Assembly: GCA_963693365.1 (NCBI GenBank)
Contig: CAVNZM010000011.1
Span: 372,001-436,000 of the forward strand
Direction of reading: 5' to 3'
Origin: Amoebidium appalachense
Lineage: Eukaryota > Protista > Ichthyosporea
DNA length: 64,000 nt
Under the pieces are notes generated by a model. The model saw nothing but the letters and a program-made list of their open reading frames with translations, was not told where the DNA came from and searched no databases. Position 1 is the first letter of the stretch. Every line of letters starts with the position of its first letter. The position numbers and the translations under genes were made by a program. This document shows positions 1-11,877 of this stretch, piece by piece.

Positions 1-868
1 AGCTGCCGGCACACCCCCACCAGAACAAAAGAATGTGGTATGGGCACCGCTCCCTCACAACCCCATCATACAGTGTCAGTATTTTGGCTGGAAGCCTTTC
101 AGTTTCGAATTACGAATACCCTCCTTCACTACTGAAGAAAGTGACGTGGAAGACAAATACGAATACGAATGCAAGGTGTTGTTGACTAACACATCGGACC
201 ATCATGTGTACCTACTAGGCCCTGGTACGGAGGTGACCATGTTATTCCCTTGCAATATGATGACACTGTAACAATTTAGCACGTGCATACCCCACCAATG
301 GGCACATGCGGGAGACAACCCCACAAGCTGCCTTATTGGGCACCTCTGCCAAAACGAATATTCTTCTCACGAAGGAACAGAAGAATGCCACGAACACGAA
401 CCACACACTCACCAGGCAGCTACTTACATCTAATGTATGTAAGAAGTAGGGTGTGTGAACGGGGTAACTTCATGAACACCAACACGAAAGAAAGCACAGC
501 ACAAAGCAGTTCCACGAATACGAATGGTTTTGGTATTCCACACAACGAACAGAACCTACAGTAGGGCCACCTACAAATGAAGCAGAGGATGGGGTGTTGG
601 AGTGCAGACTTACGCTCACTCCACAATATGTGTATGTTAGCTTTACAATTGGTTCCGTGTACACAGACACACGCTGACACTCGATCACCACATGCACATC
701 TGCATAGTTGAGGAATGTTGCCAATTGTGTTTTGACTGCAAACGATTGGTTCACTGGTCCCAGAGATCTCTAAATGAAAGTAACCAATCCGATTAGCGCC
801 TGGCATCCGGATTACATTCCAGACTGCTGCCCCACGGGTATATAAGCCACGTCTCTGCCAGGTGCAGA

Positions 869-981
869 CATGGAGTTCAGACATGGAGTTCAGTCATGGA
901 GTTCAGTCATGGAGTTCAGTCATGGAGTTCAGTCATGGAGTTCAGTCATGGAGTTCAGTCATGGAGTTCAGTCATGGAGTT
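869..981. repeat. 13-bp tandem repeat CATGGAGTTCAGT, 9 copies (last partial), in the TRIM 5' LTR
   Basis: Counted directly; located downstream of the LTR TATA (TATATAA at ~839). Confidence 0.95.
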
Positions 982-1642
982 AACACACTGAAAGCAGTAA
1001 AAAACGGGTCAGCGCCCAAGCGCGCCACGACGACCCTAGTCACAGCGGACTCTACTTCCAACAGGGTTATGGGCCCAGACACGACACCGCGGCCTCTAAC
1101 TTCACGTCCCCTACGACGCCTTGAACGGAGGAGCCCAGAAACCGACTTCTAGGCTGTACCCTACACCCGCGAGCGTATTTCCGTGAAGTAGAGACTTTCG
1201 CTTCCACAAACTCCATCCGCAGCAGCCTGCGACATCAACGTCAAGTATTCCACTTCATTGGCGGGGCACGCACCACAGTGGAATGCACACCCCGGTCTAC
1301 CCTGCAAGCAGCCACACTCACTCTCTCTTCTCTACAGTGGTGTGTACACTTCTCCAATTGGGTAGGGGTGTTGGAGTGCAGACTTACGCTCACTCCACAA
1401 TATGTGTATGTTAGCTTTACAATTGGTTCCGTGTACACAGACACACGCTGACACTCGATCACCACATGCACATCTGCATAGTTGAGGAATGTTGCCAATT
1501 GTGTTTTGACTGCAAACGATTGGTTCACTGGTCCCAGAGATCTCTAAATGAAAGTAACCAATCCGATTAGCACCTGGCATCCGGATTACATTCCAGACTG
1601 CTGCCCCACGGGTATATAAGCCACGTCTCTGCCAGGTGCAGA

Positions 1643-1729
1643 CATGGAGTTCAGTCATGGAGTTCAGTCATGGAGTTCAGTCATGGAGTTCAGTCATGGA
1701 GTTCAGTCATGGAGTTCAGTCATGGAGTT
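1643..1729. repeat. 13-bp tandem repeat CATGGAGTTCAGT, 7 copies (last partial), in the TRIM 3' LTR
   Basis: Counted directly; accounts for the 26-bp length difference between the two LTRs. Confidence 0.95.
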
Positions 1730-2740
1730 AACACACTGAAAGCAGTAAAAAACGGGTCAGCGCCCAAGCGCGCCACGACGACCCTAGTCACAGCGGACTC
1801 TACTTCCAACATGGGGCACCATCCAGACCTGCACTGGAGGATATGAAAACACGAAGCGCGCTCACGAAGTTGCTTACAAAAGAAAGGGCGACTCCGACGA
1901 CTTTTCTTTTTAGGCCAAGCCTCCAGAAGAATGTATTATGCCTGGAATCCCCCTGCTCAACGAAAATGGCTGGCAAATGGGATACGAAAACTGCTCACGA
2001 ATGGAAGCATGTGTTTTCTGAAGGAGGCTTGCTTTGCCTACCCTCTTCTTATGAATTATGAACCGGGCTTTTACTGGTTCTGACGGGTGATATATTTCTT
2101 TATGTCGCCCAACGAAGAACACTTGGGCATTTTTATTCTGTTTTTCCCAGCTCCGATGATGCAGGGTTAAAGCTGAAAGGAAAGAAGTGCTCTTTGTTCA
2201 TGAAAGAAGTGGCTTTTCCGGCCATGGTGACTCGCCTTACAGTCTTAAGGTAGAACCGGGATAAGGAGCAGCGGCTAAGCCTTGAAGCTATCCACCACTA
2301 CCTGAGCTACGAAGTGACCTAAGGCTCGAGTTATATTCATTATCGAATGTTTGGTATGATCATTCATCCACACAACCAAATTACTCGCAATTGAAAACGA
2401 ATCTGCGGGAGTATCCTAAAAAGGAAAAATTCCCAAAAAGGAAAATACTACTTCTACAGAAAAGCCAAGCACAGAGACGAAGGCTTAGCGAATTATTCGC
2501 ACGCACACTCTGCAACAATCTTCGCCACGAAAATGAAATCACAGAAGAATGCTGCATGAATTTACGTTTTGGCAAATGAAGAAGTGCTCATAGACGTGCA
2601 CAACTCTATTCCACCGTCCTTGCTCTGTTCTGTCCAGCAGCTCGGCACACACAAGAATTCTCGCTGAAGGTTGTTTATCGCCTCTCAGCCTGGTGGTTTG
2701 CTTGTCTAACGACACCACCAGGCTCCCGACAAGGGGGGAG

Positions 2741-3220
2741 TGTAAACAACTGTACACATGAACTGTACATGTTTACTAAAGAATGTGATCTACTAGCACA
2801 CGATTCGTGCTTTGTCATGAATATCACATAAATATTATGTCCGCACCAATAGGACTCACTCTGACCTAAGAATTGAACCATATATGGTTCTTCAGCTGCA
2901 TACCACATAAACGAAGTGAACCAATAAGAGGTTTGCATAAATAGGACAAAGGTCTGACTGGCTCGGACCGCACCAGAATCACGAATGGCATGTTGCCACC
3001 CGCGCTGGCCGCGGATGAACCAATCCTGGGCCTTGATCCGAAACCTGGGGGCTATATAAGAAAGCCGTCCCAGTACGGGGATCACATCAGTGAAGTCTGA
3101 GACAGACTGAGTCGGCCCATAGTAAAAGCAACCTGGCCGCGTGTGCCTTTCTACCCGTTCTCTGTCTTTATTTTGATTCAGTTGTACTCTGCCTTATCCT
3201 AACTAGTCCAACTGTTTACA
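2741..3220 (+). repeat. 3' LTR of the Gypsy-type element (480 bp)
   Basis: Starts TGTAAACA and ends TGTTTACA (perfect 8-bp inverted termini), follows a PPT, has TATA-like CTATATAAG at ~3052, and ends exactly where the Copia A RT frame is cut off. Confidence 0.8.
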
Positions 3221-5465
3221 GTCCCGGCATTCTTGATGAACAGGCACGGGTCAGCAGCACTCACAATGAAGCCTTGGTCGAGGAGATGGTCACGGAGGGC
3301 CTCATACCACTGGCGCGGTGCCTGTTTTAGGCCGTAGAGCGCCTTGTGGAGCAAGCCGACAGCATGGGGGGCCGAGGGGTTGACGAAGCCAGGGGGCTGC
3401 TCAATGTAGATGGTCTCGTTGACGGTGCCGTTGAGGAATGCTGTGTTGACGTCGATGTGGCGCAGAGGCAGACCTTGGGCCACGGAGGTAGCCAAAACCA
3501 GCCGGATGGTAGCCAGCGCAGCCACAGGTGACTCGGTGACGAAATAGTCCTGGCCAGGCTGCTGGTAGTTGCCCCGGGCCACAAGCCGGGCCTTGAAAGC
3601 AGTGACGTTGCCGACGTTGTCCTGCTTGACCGTAAAGACCCAGCCGACCGGAATGACAGTGGAGCCATCCTCTGGACGGGGCACAAGGGTGAAGGTGCCG
3701 TTGTCTTCCAGGGCCTTGAGCTCACGGTGTGCAGCCTCCTCCCATTTCAGACGCTGGGGACTCTTGAGTGCAGCCTGGACAGTCTTGGGGACAACAATGG
3801 TGGAAGCCTTGATGGGTGTTGATGCAGGAGCCGTAGCCTGGGGGGCAAGGGGGGGCCGTAGCAGCAGCCACGTTGGCAGTCGGGCCTCGACGTTGGTCGT
3901 TGTACACAGCGCCACTACGGGTCGTCCGGGGGAGCCGATGTGCAGGCTCGGGCAGGATCGGAATGTCCAATTGATCACTCGGCGCTGTCCCATTGGCTGA
4001 CAGACGAGACGAATCAGATTGCTGATCATTCCGGACGATGTGATTGGCTGGCTGATTTGACGAATCAGATGACTCCAAAAAATGATGAATTGCCGGTGCG
4101 GTCGACCAATCAGATGGGACATCACGGAGGGGGTGCAGAATAGCAGCCTCGTCGAACTGCACGTCACGGCTGACGGTCATCTTGTGTGCTGCTGGAATCC
4201 AGACCTTGTAGCCCTTGATGTTAGGAGGGTAGCCCACGAAGATGCCCTTGACGGCACGAGGCGCCAGTTTCGGTGTATCCTGTTGATGGACGTAGCAGGG
4301 AGAGCCCCAGACACGGAGCCGGCTGTAGTCGGGAGGAATGCCGGTCCACAGCAGGGCGGGAGACGATTGGCTGCCGGTGGCTCGCGACGGGAGCATGTTG
4401 CGTATAAAAGCCGCGGTCACAGCTGCCTCGGCCCAGAATCCCACCGGAAGGCCGGACTGCTGCAGGAGTGCCCGAACCATGTCGAGGAGGGTCCGGTTCA
4501 GTCGTTCGGCAGTCCCATTCTGTTGAGGAGAGCCGGTGGTAGTGATCTGATGGCGAATGCCATGCTCACGGTTGTAGTCCCCGAAGGCCGTGCCCATGTA
4601 CTCGCCCCCCCGTCGGACTGAAACACCTGCATGGGAACACCGTGTTGGGTAACCGCCGCCTTGTGGTACGTCACATATGCAGCCAGTGTGTCCGACTTCT
4701 TGACGAGGGGCACGGCCGTGGTGTGGCCGGTGAATTCGTCGTGGAACGTCGCCAAGTACTGAGCACCACCGATCGCGGGAGGGAAGGGGCCGCTGATGTC
4801 GCTGTGAACCTTGGCTAGGACCCGGGGAGCTTGGCTAGTTGATTCGGAGAAGGCAACACGGTGGGCTTTGCCGAGGGCACAGGGCTCACACACACCCGGA
4901 GACTTGGCACCGCCACCCACCAACAGGCCTGCAGACTTGATGACCGAGCGTACAGCGTCAATGCCAGCATGGCCCAGACGGTAGTGCCACGTGTTGAGGT
5001 CGGCAGTAACCTTGAGGATACGCGGAGCAGTGGTGGTTTGGGCGTCCGGGGTTGTGTCCGCGCGCAGAAGAGACACCGCCATGTGGTACAGCTTGGTGCC
5101 GACAGCCGAGCCGGTGGCCAGAATTTGATCGCCGTAGCACAACTTAACGCCGCCGCGGGTGTCAAAGCGGGGTAAAACACCGTTGGTAGTTGCCGTGAAC
5201 ACACTGATGAGAGTGTCGGGGATGGAGGGCACGTAGAGTACATCCGTCAGCTGATGCACCGCAGTAACGCCGTCGATGGTGCTGGAAAAGAACACGTCGC
5301 CCACCCCAAGCACTGCACATGCACCCTTGTCGGCTACTTGGACCGTGGAGTAAGGCGCCGCACGCATGTTGATGAACACATCGGGCCGGGGGCACACATG
5401 GTCAGTGGCTCCAGAGTCGAGGAGCACCTTGTTGGTGCCACAGTCGTTGCTAGACATGAGGAAAG
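3221..5465 (-). pseudogene. pol: Copia A pol: protease, integrase, N-terminal RT (two frameshifts, truncated by the Gypsy LTR)
   Basis: LLDSGATDH (PR); WHYRLGH...CEPC, VHSDISGP, QSDGG, QQNGTAER (IN); FKARLVARG, HIDVNTAFL, ALYGLKQAP, DPCLF (RT). Shifts at C7 4605-4611 and G7 3849-3855. Confidence 0.92.
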
Positions 5466-6192
5466 TGTCATCTTCACTTAATTCTCAGCAAGACTTAGAA
5501 GTTTTGTTTGGTATTTATTTATTAGTTGTTGTAGTTTGTTTCCTTTTCCTTTCTTCATTTCTTTCTTTCTTTTCCGTTTCCGTGTACACGACATCTTAGA
5601 TCTGTGTACGTATCGACATACTTAGCTCGCGCACACGTATTGTCGTTTGCGTCAAAATCTATATATGTCATCCAATCATATCTCGTTTGTATTTTCCCAA
5701 ATATAGTAACTTACATTCCTTTCTCATTTCTTTCCCACGACGTAGCATTGTGCTATGTTCTTCAACTATTAGGAATAATTATATTTAGACGTGTTATGAT
5801 AAGAACATGTATAAATATATGTTATGAATTAATAGTTACATAAGTGGTTTCATTTTGTTAAATGTTTCCGTGCTTTTATTAGAAGTTTCTTTCATTAGAG
5901 GATTGAGTTTTATATTCTATGTGTCGACAGACATTTTAATCGACGACAGACATTTTAATCGAGATATTTTACACTCATAGTTTTCGTCCTTTTGATTGGT
6001 TTATCGTTTCACATTCCCAAGTATAAAAGGGACCTCATCTTGAAATAAATCACAAGCAGTCGTATTCACTTCCTATGGTTCCAGAAATCGTTCCTCCTCT
6101 CCGGTTGTGTTTTTCCCGTGTGTCTTTGTGTTGTGTTTTACATAACACCCATCTGTGCTCTCTGCTTCTCCGTTTACCCACACAAAATAACA
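5466..6192 (+). repeat. Copia B 5' LTR (727 bp)
   Basis: Direct repeat of 11170-11877; TATAAAA at ~6022 and AATAAA at ~6044. Confidence 0.95.
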
Positions 6193-6268
6193 GGTTTACG
6201 GCCCCTTTGCACGCTAACACACAATCTCGCTACAACCGCGAAAATCTCTCAGTCTTACTGCTTCAATC

Positions 6269-9200
6269 ATGACTGACAAACCGTCGTATATCAACCTTCC
6301 AATATGGAATCCGTCCGAGAAACGAGACGAGAAACGTCTTAATTATTTCGAGTGGGAGCCACTCATTCACCGGTTCATTAGAACCACCATTGCCGAGAAA
6401 TTCGTTGACGCTATCAAGAGGCCACAGTGGGTTGACGGCGCTGAAGCCAACCAGTGGCTAGGCTACACCACCAAGGACTCCTACAAGAAAGCTTCCGACG
6501 TCCTCGACCAGATCCTCAACCAGTCCGTCCACCCGACCGAGCTCTACGACTCCGGCCGGATGCAAGACGGTGTCCACGGTGGTGAAGTCTTCCACAACCT
6601 ACGTATGGCGTATGTAGCAGAGAAGGAGGCCCGAGTCACCCAGATTCAAGTCACCTTCGAGGAGCTTGAACTACGAGACTACCCCAACGTCACAGCATAC
6701 CTCACCCGTCTCCAACGTCTGGCTACGACACTTGCCTGCCTCGACGAACCCGTCCAGCACAAGGATGTCGTACGTAAGTTCTTCCTCCACATCCGGAAGA
6801 ACACAGCCCTGGTCTGCCCCGACATTGAACGTCTCTGCTCCGACTACTGGATGAACAACAAGGCCTACCCGTCCTTCAACATGCTCATCAGTGACATCCG
6901 AGGAGCTGAAATCCGTGCCGGCCTCATCGACGCAGGCACAGGTGCAACCGTCAACAACCGTCCCCTCCGTGCACTCCAGAGCAGAGTGCTTCCCCCCGGT
7001 GACCTCCGTAACCGTATTCCTCGACGTGAGCATACACCTCACCGTTCCCCGTCCCGTTCCCGTGATCCTCGTCCTCCCTCCAAGTCACCCGGCCCCCGTT
7101 CAACTTCCCCTTACCACCGTGGTAACAGGGACAACCGTAACCGACAGCACAACACCAACAGTGTGAAGTGTTCCTACTGCCATGAGCCCCACCACATCAC
7201 AGCATGCCCGGAGCCTGGCTGCACAGTTGCTCGTCGTGCCAAGCAGGAGAAAGGTGACAAGAGTGTGAAATTTGCACTCATCTCCTCCACCGGCACACCT
7301 GACAGTAACGACCCCGTCTGGGACAGTGCTTGTAATGCCCACATCTGCCCCATCAAGGAGTATTTCTCCTCCCTTACCCCGTGTCCTCCCACCCCCATTC
7401 ACGGCCTCGGCACAGTCAATGCCAAACAACGTGGCATCATCAACATGACACTGCACTACAACGGCCACCCAACACCGTGCAGCATCAATGCTTACTACGT
7501 ACCCGAGGCACCGTCTTTCCTCGTGTCTACCTCCATGGCATCAGCTGCCGGCCTCCTAGGTCATTGTGACGATACAGACAACCACCCGTCGTTCCTCTAC
7601 AGCCGTAATGGTGACATTATTACAGATCTCACCCCCCTCGACGGTCTCTACTACATCACTGACTATGTGATTGAGACTCCTAAACACCCGGGGGTCCAAG
7701 CCTACACAGCAAGGACTCAACCACCCGACGACCTCACCCTTTGGCACAACCGTCTCGGCCACCGTGCCCTCTCCACCGTCACCAGGATGGCCAAGGATGA
7801 GCTTGTCATCGGCATGCCCCCCTCCCTCAAGTCACCCGACAACAGTGACTGCTTCGGCTGCATGTCTGGCAAGACCACCAAGGCCCCCTTTCCCGGCACC
7901 CGTTCCAAGTTCACCATTCCCGGTGCTAAGTGGCACCTGGACTTCTTCGAAGCTCCCTGTGCTTCCTACGGAGGCTACAAGGTTGCTCTGGTGTGTGTTT
8001 GTGATGCCACCGGTTACACCACCGTGTTCCCCCTTTACAACCGTGGTGAAACCCTCAGCCACATTCAGTCTCTCATTGAAACCATCGAACGTCAGACACC
8101 TGAGATCGTCACCCATCTTCGGTTTGACTCCGGCTCTGAGTTCACCTCCAAGGACACCGAGGCCTACTGCAAGCAGAAAGGCATCATCATGGAGGTTGCC
8201 CCCGTCGACACACCACAACACAATGGTGTTGTTGAACGGAAGATGAGAGAACTGCAAGAGACAGTCCGTTGCTTCCTCCATGCCGACAAGGACCAACCTC
8301 TCTCTCCCAAGTTGTGGGTTGCTGCTCTCAAGCATACAAGCTACATCATCAACGTCACACCGTCATCTGCTGCCAACGGCAACACTCCCTTCGAGGCCTT
8401 CCACGGCTTCAAACCCGACGTCTCCCAGCTCCACGTGTTCGGCTCCCCTGCCTATGTGCATGTTCCCCGGTCAAAGAGGAACAAGCTGGCATCAACCGTC
8501 AGAGTCGGCACCTACGTCGGCTGGGACCTACCCTCCAAGGCACACAAGATCCTCGACCATGCCAGCAACCAAATCAAGATCTGCCGTGATGTGATCTTCG
8601 ACGAGTCGAAATTCACGGGCAGCACCAATCAGGTCTCCGTTCCCCCCAAACCCGATCTGCCGACATTGGACCCCCCCTCCGACGACGACGATGAAACTCC
8701 GTCTGTGGTCATCTCCCAACCGTCCTGGCACAACCAACCAGCCCCGGTTGAACCCGTGCCTCCCCCGAGCCCCCCCCCCACTGGCCAACAACCCTTGCTG
8801 CCGGCCCCCCCCCGTTGCTGTGCATCAACCCGGCTACATGACTCCGGTTCGTCCTGGGTCCCCCACCTTCCACTCGGCCACGAGCAGCCCTGTGGACACC
8901 GATGCCCCCCTCACCACCGGTCCTATTCCTGGCTTCCATGCCCCTATCCCGGCCTCCACCACCTACCCGGCCACCACCCCCCTCAAGGACCCCCCCAAGC
9001 CCAACCTTCGTCGGTCTACACGTCTCACCAAGACTCCAACGGCACTGGTCAGCATCGTAGCACCGACCATCAACATTGACCAGCTCCCCAAGGGCATTCA
9101 AAAGCTTTGCAACGGTCCCAACGGTGATGCCGTCATAGCTGCCCTCACCTCCGAGTACCAAGCCTTCATCACCAAGGATGTCTTCACCATTGTTGATCCC

Positions 9201-10634
9201 TCCCCTGGTGCCAACATCATCAAGTTCAAGTGGATTGTGACTGAGAAAGTCCTCAACTCAGCCGGTGACACCAAGATCAAAGCTCGTGGTGTTGCAAAGG
9301 GCTTCACTCAAGTCTACGGTGTTGACTACGGTGACACCTCTTCCCCCGTGGTGATGTCCTCCTCCGTCCGTGCCCTCCTTGCCATCGGTGTGGACGGCAA
9401 CCATGAGATTCATCAACTCGACGTCTCAACTGCCTTCCTCAACAGTCCTCTTCAAGAAGACATCTACATTGAGCCACCACCTGGCTTCATCACCCCCGGC
9501 AACGAACACAAGGTCTGGAAACTTAAGAAGGCACTCTACGGGCTCAAGCAAGCATCACTGGCCTGGTATGAGTACTTCGACAAGGTCCTCCTTGCTCACG
9601 GTCTCGAACGTCTCCGTTCAGATCCATGTGTCTACATCAAGACCTTCCCCAACGGTGACATCATCCTCACTGGCAACTATGTGGACGACGTCATCATCAT
9701 CTGCACGGCCAACTCCTCCCACACCAAGGATCTAGTAGACCACATCATGAAGTCAGCTCTCTGCAAGGTTGACCTTCCCGACATCTTCCTTGGCACCCAG
9801 CTCATCCACACCCCCGGTCACCTCAAGCTGCTTCAGCAATCCTACATCAACGACATCGTCAGAGACTTCAACCTCAACGATGCTCACCCCAAGGCTACTC
9901 CCATTCCCGTCGGCACCGTCATCACCATCAACGAGAACGACTCACCACCCATCAAGGTTCCCTACCGTGAACTACTCGGCCGTCTTTTGTGGGTTGCTCG
10001 TTGTTCCCGGCCCGACATCTCCTTTGCCATCGGCTACCTCGGTAGATTCAGTGCCAACCCCACCAAACTTGCATGGGAATGTCTACTCCGTGTAGTTCGG
10101 TACCTCATCGGCACTTCCAACCTCGGCCTTCACTACGACAAGTCTGCTTCCGACGACAACACCCCCTTGCTGGAGTGTTATTCTGATGCTGACTTTGCCA
10201 ACTGCCCCAACACCCGTCGTTCAACCACCGGATACGTCATCTTCTTCAAGGGCATACCCATCACATGGTATTCGAAACTGCAGTCCATCACGGCAACATC
10301 CACCACCGAGGCTGAGCTTCTGGCCATCAATGCTGCTGTTCAAAACGTCATCTGGCACCGTGATCTCCTCCGTGAACTCGGCTACCCGATGACCGACCCC
10401 ACCCCCGTCTACTGTGACAACCAGTCCACCATTGCCCTCCTGCACACCAACAGCATCAAGCACCGGACCAAACACATTGCAGTCCGTTACCACAACACGA
10501 AGGACTACATCAAGAGTGGGGATGTGGTCGTCACCTACGTGTCCAGCAAAGACAACGTGGCTGACATCTTCACCAAGCCCCTGCCCGGGCCCTCCCACGA
10601 GCAGCACCGTGATTCACTCAGTCTTCGTGACTGA
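6269..10634 (+). CDS. Copia B gag-pol polyprotein (one frameshift, most likely in the C9 run 8805-8813)
   Basis: ORF 6269-9079: zinc knuckle CSYCHEPHHITAC, PR VWDSACNAH, IN WHNRLGH..CFGC / WHLDF / RFDSGSEF / NGVVER. ORF 8691-10634: RT ARGVAKG, QLDVSTAFL, ALYGLKQ, YVDD and RNase H YSDADF, TTEAE, CDN, ADIFTK. Confidence 0.93.
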
Positions 10635-10635
10635 G

Positions 10636-10688
<53 letters not shown>

Positions 10689-11169
10689 TTATCTACAGTG
10701 GTCTTCAAGTAGGTTGGGGCCCTGGCCAGTGGTCTACACATCACCGTGTAGAGACACCTCCCAACGAAAGTCTACTGCTGTCTTCATCGATCTTCAGTGT
10801 GTGCATCTTCAGTGGGGATTTCTTCTCCACCATCCGTCGTTTATTTATATACCACCATATATATAATGTATTTATCATTAGCCACCAACACGTCACACAT
10901 ACACTAGTTGTTTCTTCTATATATATTTATATATCACGTCATTGGCTACCGTCATCTTCCGAGTCTTCAGAGGCAACCGTCGTTGTGTGCTTCTTCCGTT
11001 TTGGTTTTCTTCCCCGGCTTGCACCTTCAAGTCTTCTCCATTGTCTTCTCGAGTGGGGAAACTTGACTGTGACTTCACGGCACCTACTTCTACATGTGTG
11101 AAAGTCTTAACATCAACAGTCACATCAACAAACTTCACGAGAACCCAACTTCCAACCCTTGAGTGGGGA

Positions 11170-11877
11170 TGTCATCTTCACTTAATTCTCAGCAAGACTT
11201 AGAAGTTTTGTTTGGTATTTATTTATTAGTTGTTGTAGTTTGTTTCCTTTTCCTTTCTTCATTTCTTTCTTTCTTTTCCGTTTCCGTGTACACGACATCT
11301 TAGATCTGTGTACGTATCGACATACTTAGCTCGCGCACACGTATTGTCGTTTGCGTCAAAATCTATATATGTCATCCAATCATATCTCGTTTGTATTTTC
11401 CCAAATATAGTAACTTACATTCCTTTCTCATTTCTTTCCCACGACGTAGCATTGTGCTATGTTCTTCAACTATTAGGAATAATTATATTTAGACGTGTTA
11501 TGATAAGAACATGTATAAATATATGTTATGAATTAATAGTTACATAAGTGGTTTCATTTTGTTAAATGTTTCCGTGCTTTTATTAGAAGTTTCTTTCATT
11601 AGAGGATTGAGTTTTATATTCTATGTGTCGACAGACATTTTAATCGAGATATTTTACACTCATAGTTTTCGTCCTTTTGATTGGTTTATCGTTTCACATT
11701 CCCAAGTATAAAAGGGACCTCATCTTGAAATAAATCACAAGCAGTCGTATTCACTTCCTATGGTTCCAGAAATCGTTCCTCCTCTCCGGTTGTGTTTTTC
11801 CCGTGTGTCTTTGTGTTGTGTTTTACATAACACCCATCTGTGCTCTCTGCTTCTCCGTTTACCCACACAAAATAACA
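11170..11877 (+). repeat. Copia B 3' LTR (708 bp)
   Basis: Direct repeat of 5466-6192, preceded by the PPT and followed by the TSD. Confidence 0.95.

Larger units (their letters stand above)
595..1811 (+). mobile_element. Complete TRIM (terminal-repeat retrotransposon in miniature), non-autonomous, Copia-type PBS
   Basis: Near-identical LTRs 595-1063 and 1369-1811 (TGTTGG...CCAACA). PBS GGGTTATGGGCCCAG at 1064 is complementary to the anticodon arm of tRNA-iMet, as in copia. PPT GGGTAGGGG before 1369. 305-bp non-coding interior. 5-bp TSD TGGGG (590-594, 1812-1816). Confidence 0.93.
1..3220 (+). mobile_element. Decayed Ty3/Gypsy-type LTR retrotransposon (3' part; 5' end outside the window), inserted in Copia A and interrupted by a TRIM
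   Basis: Frameshifted RT remnant at ~2110-2230 translates EEHL...AGLKLKGKKCSLFMKEVAF, typical of Gypsy RT. Polypurine tract AAGGGGGGAG (2731-2740) directly precedes an LTR. TSD cannot be checked. Confidence 0.7.
5466..11877 (+). mobile_element. Full-length Ty1/Copia retrotransposon B, recent insertion
   Basis: LTRs 5466-6192 and 11170-11877 (TGTCAT...ATAACA) look identical by eye except for a 19-bp tandem duplication in the 5' LTR (~5925-5962). TSD GAAAG (5461-5465, 11878-11882). PPT GAGTGGGGA at 11161-11169. Confidence 0.96.

Noticed and set aside
869-1729. Regular short repeats as a CRISPR array (also the 30-, 34- and 15-bp arrays)
   Set aside because: Head-to-tail units without unique spacers, eukaryotic context, no cas genes.
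8691-9079. Programmed ribosomal frameshift in Copia B
   Set aside because: The shift is between IN and RT rather than at gag/pol and falls in a C homopolymer; an indel is more likely.
5604-11547. Identical 79-aa ORFs at 5604 and 11308 (and duplicate ORFs at 470/1241) as duplicated genes
   Set aside because: They lie inside paired LTRs and have no recognisable protein features.
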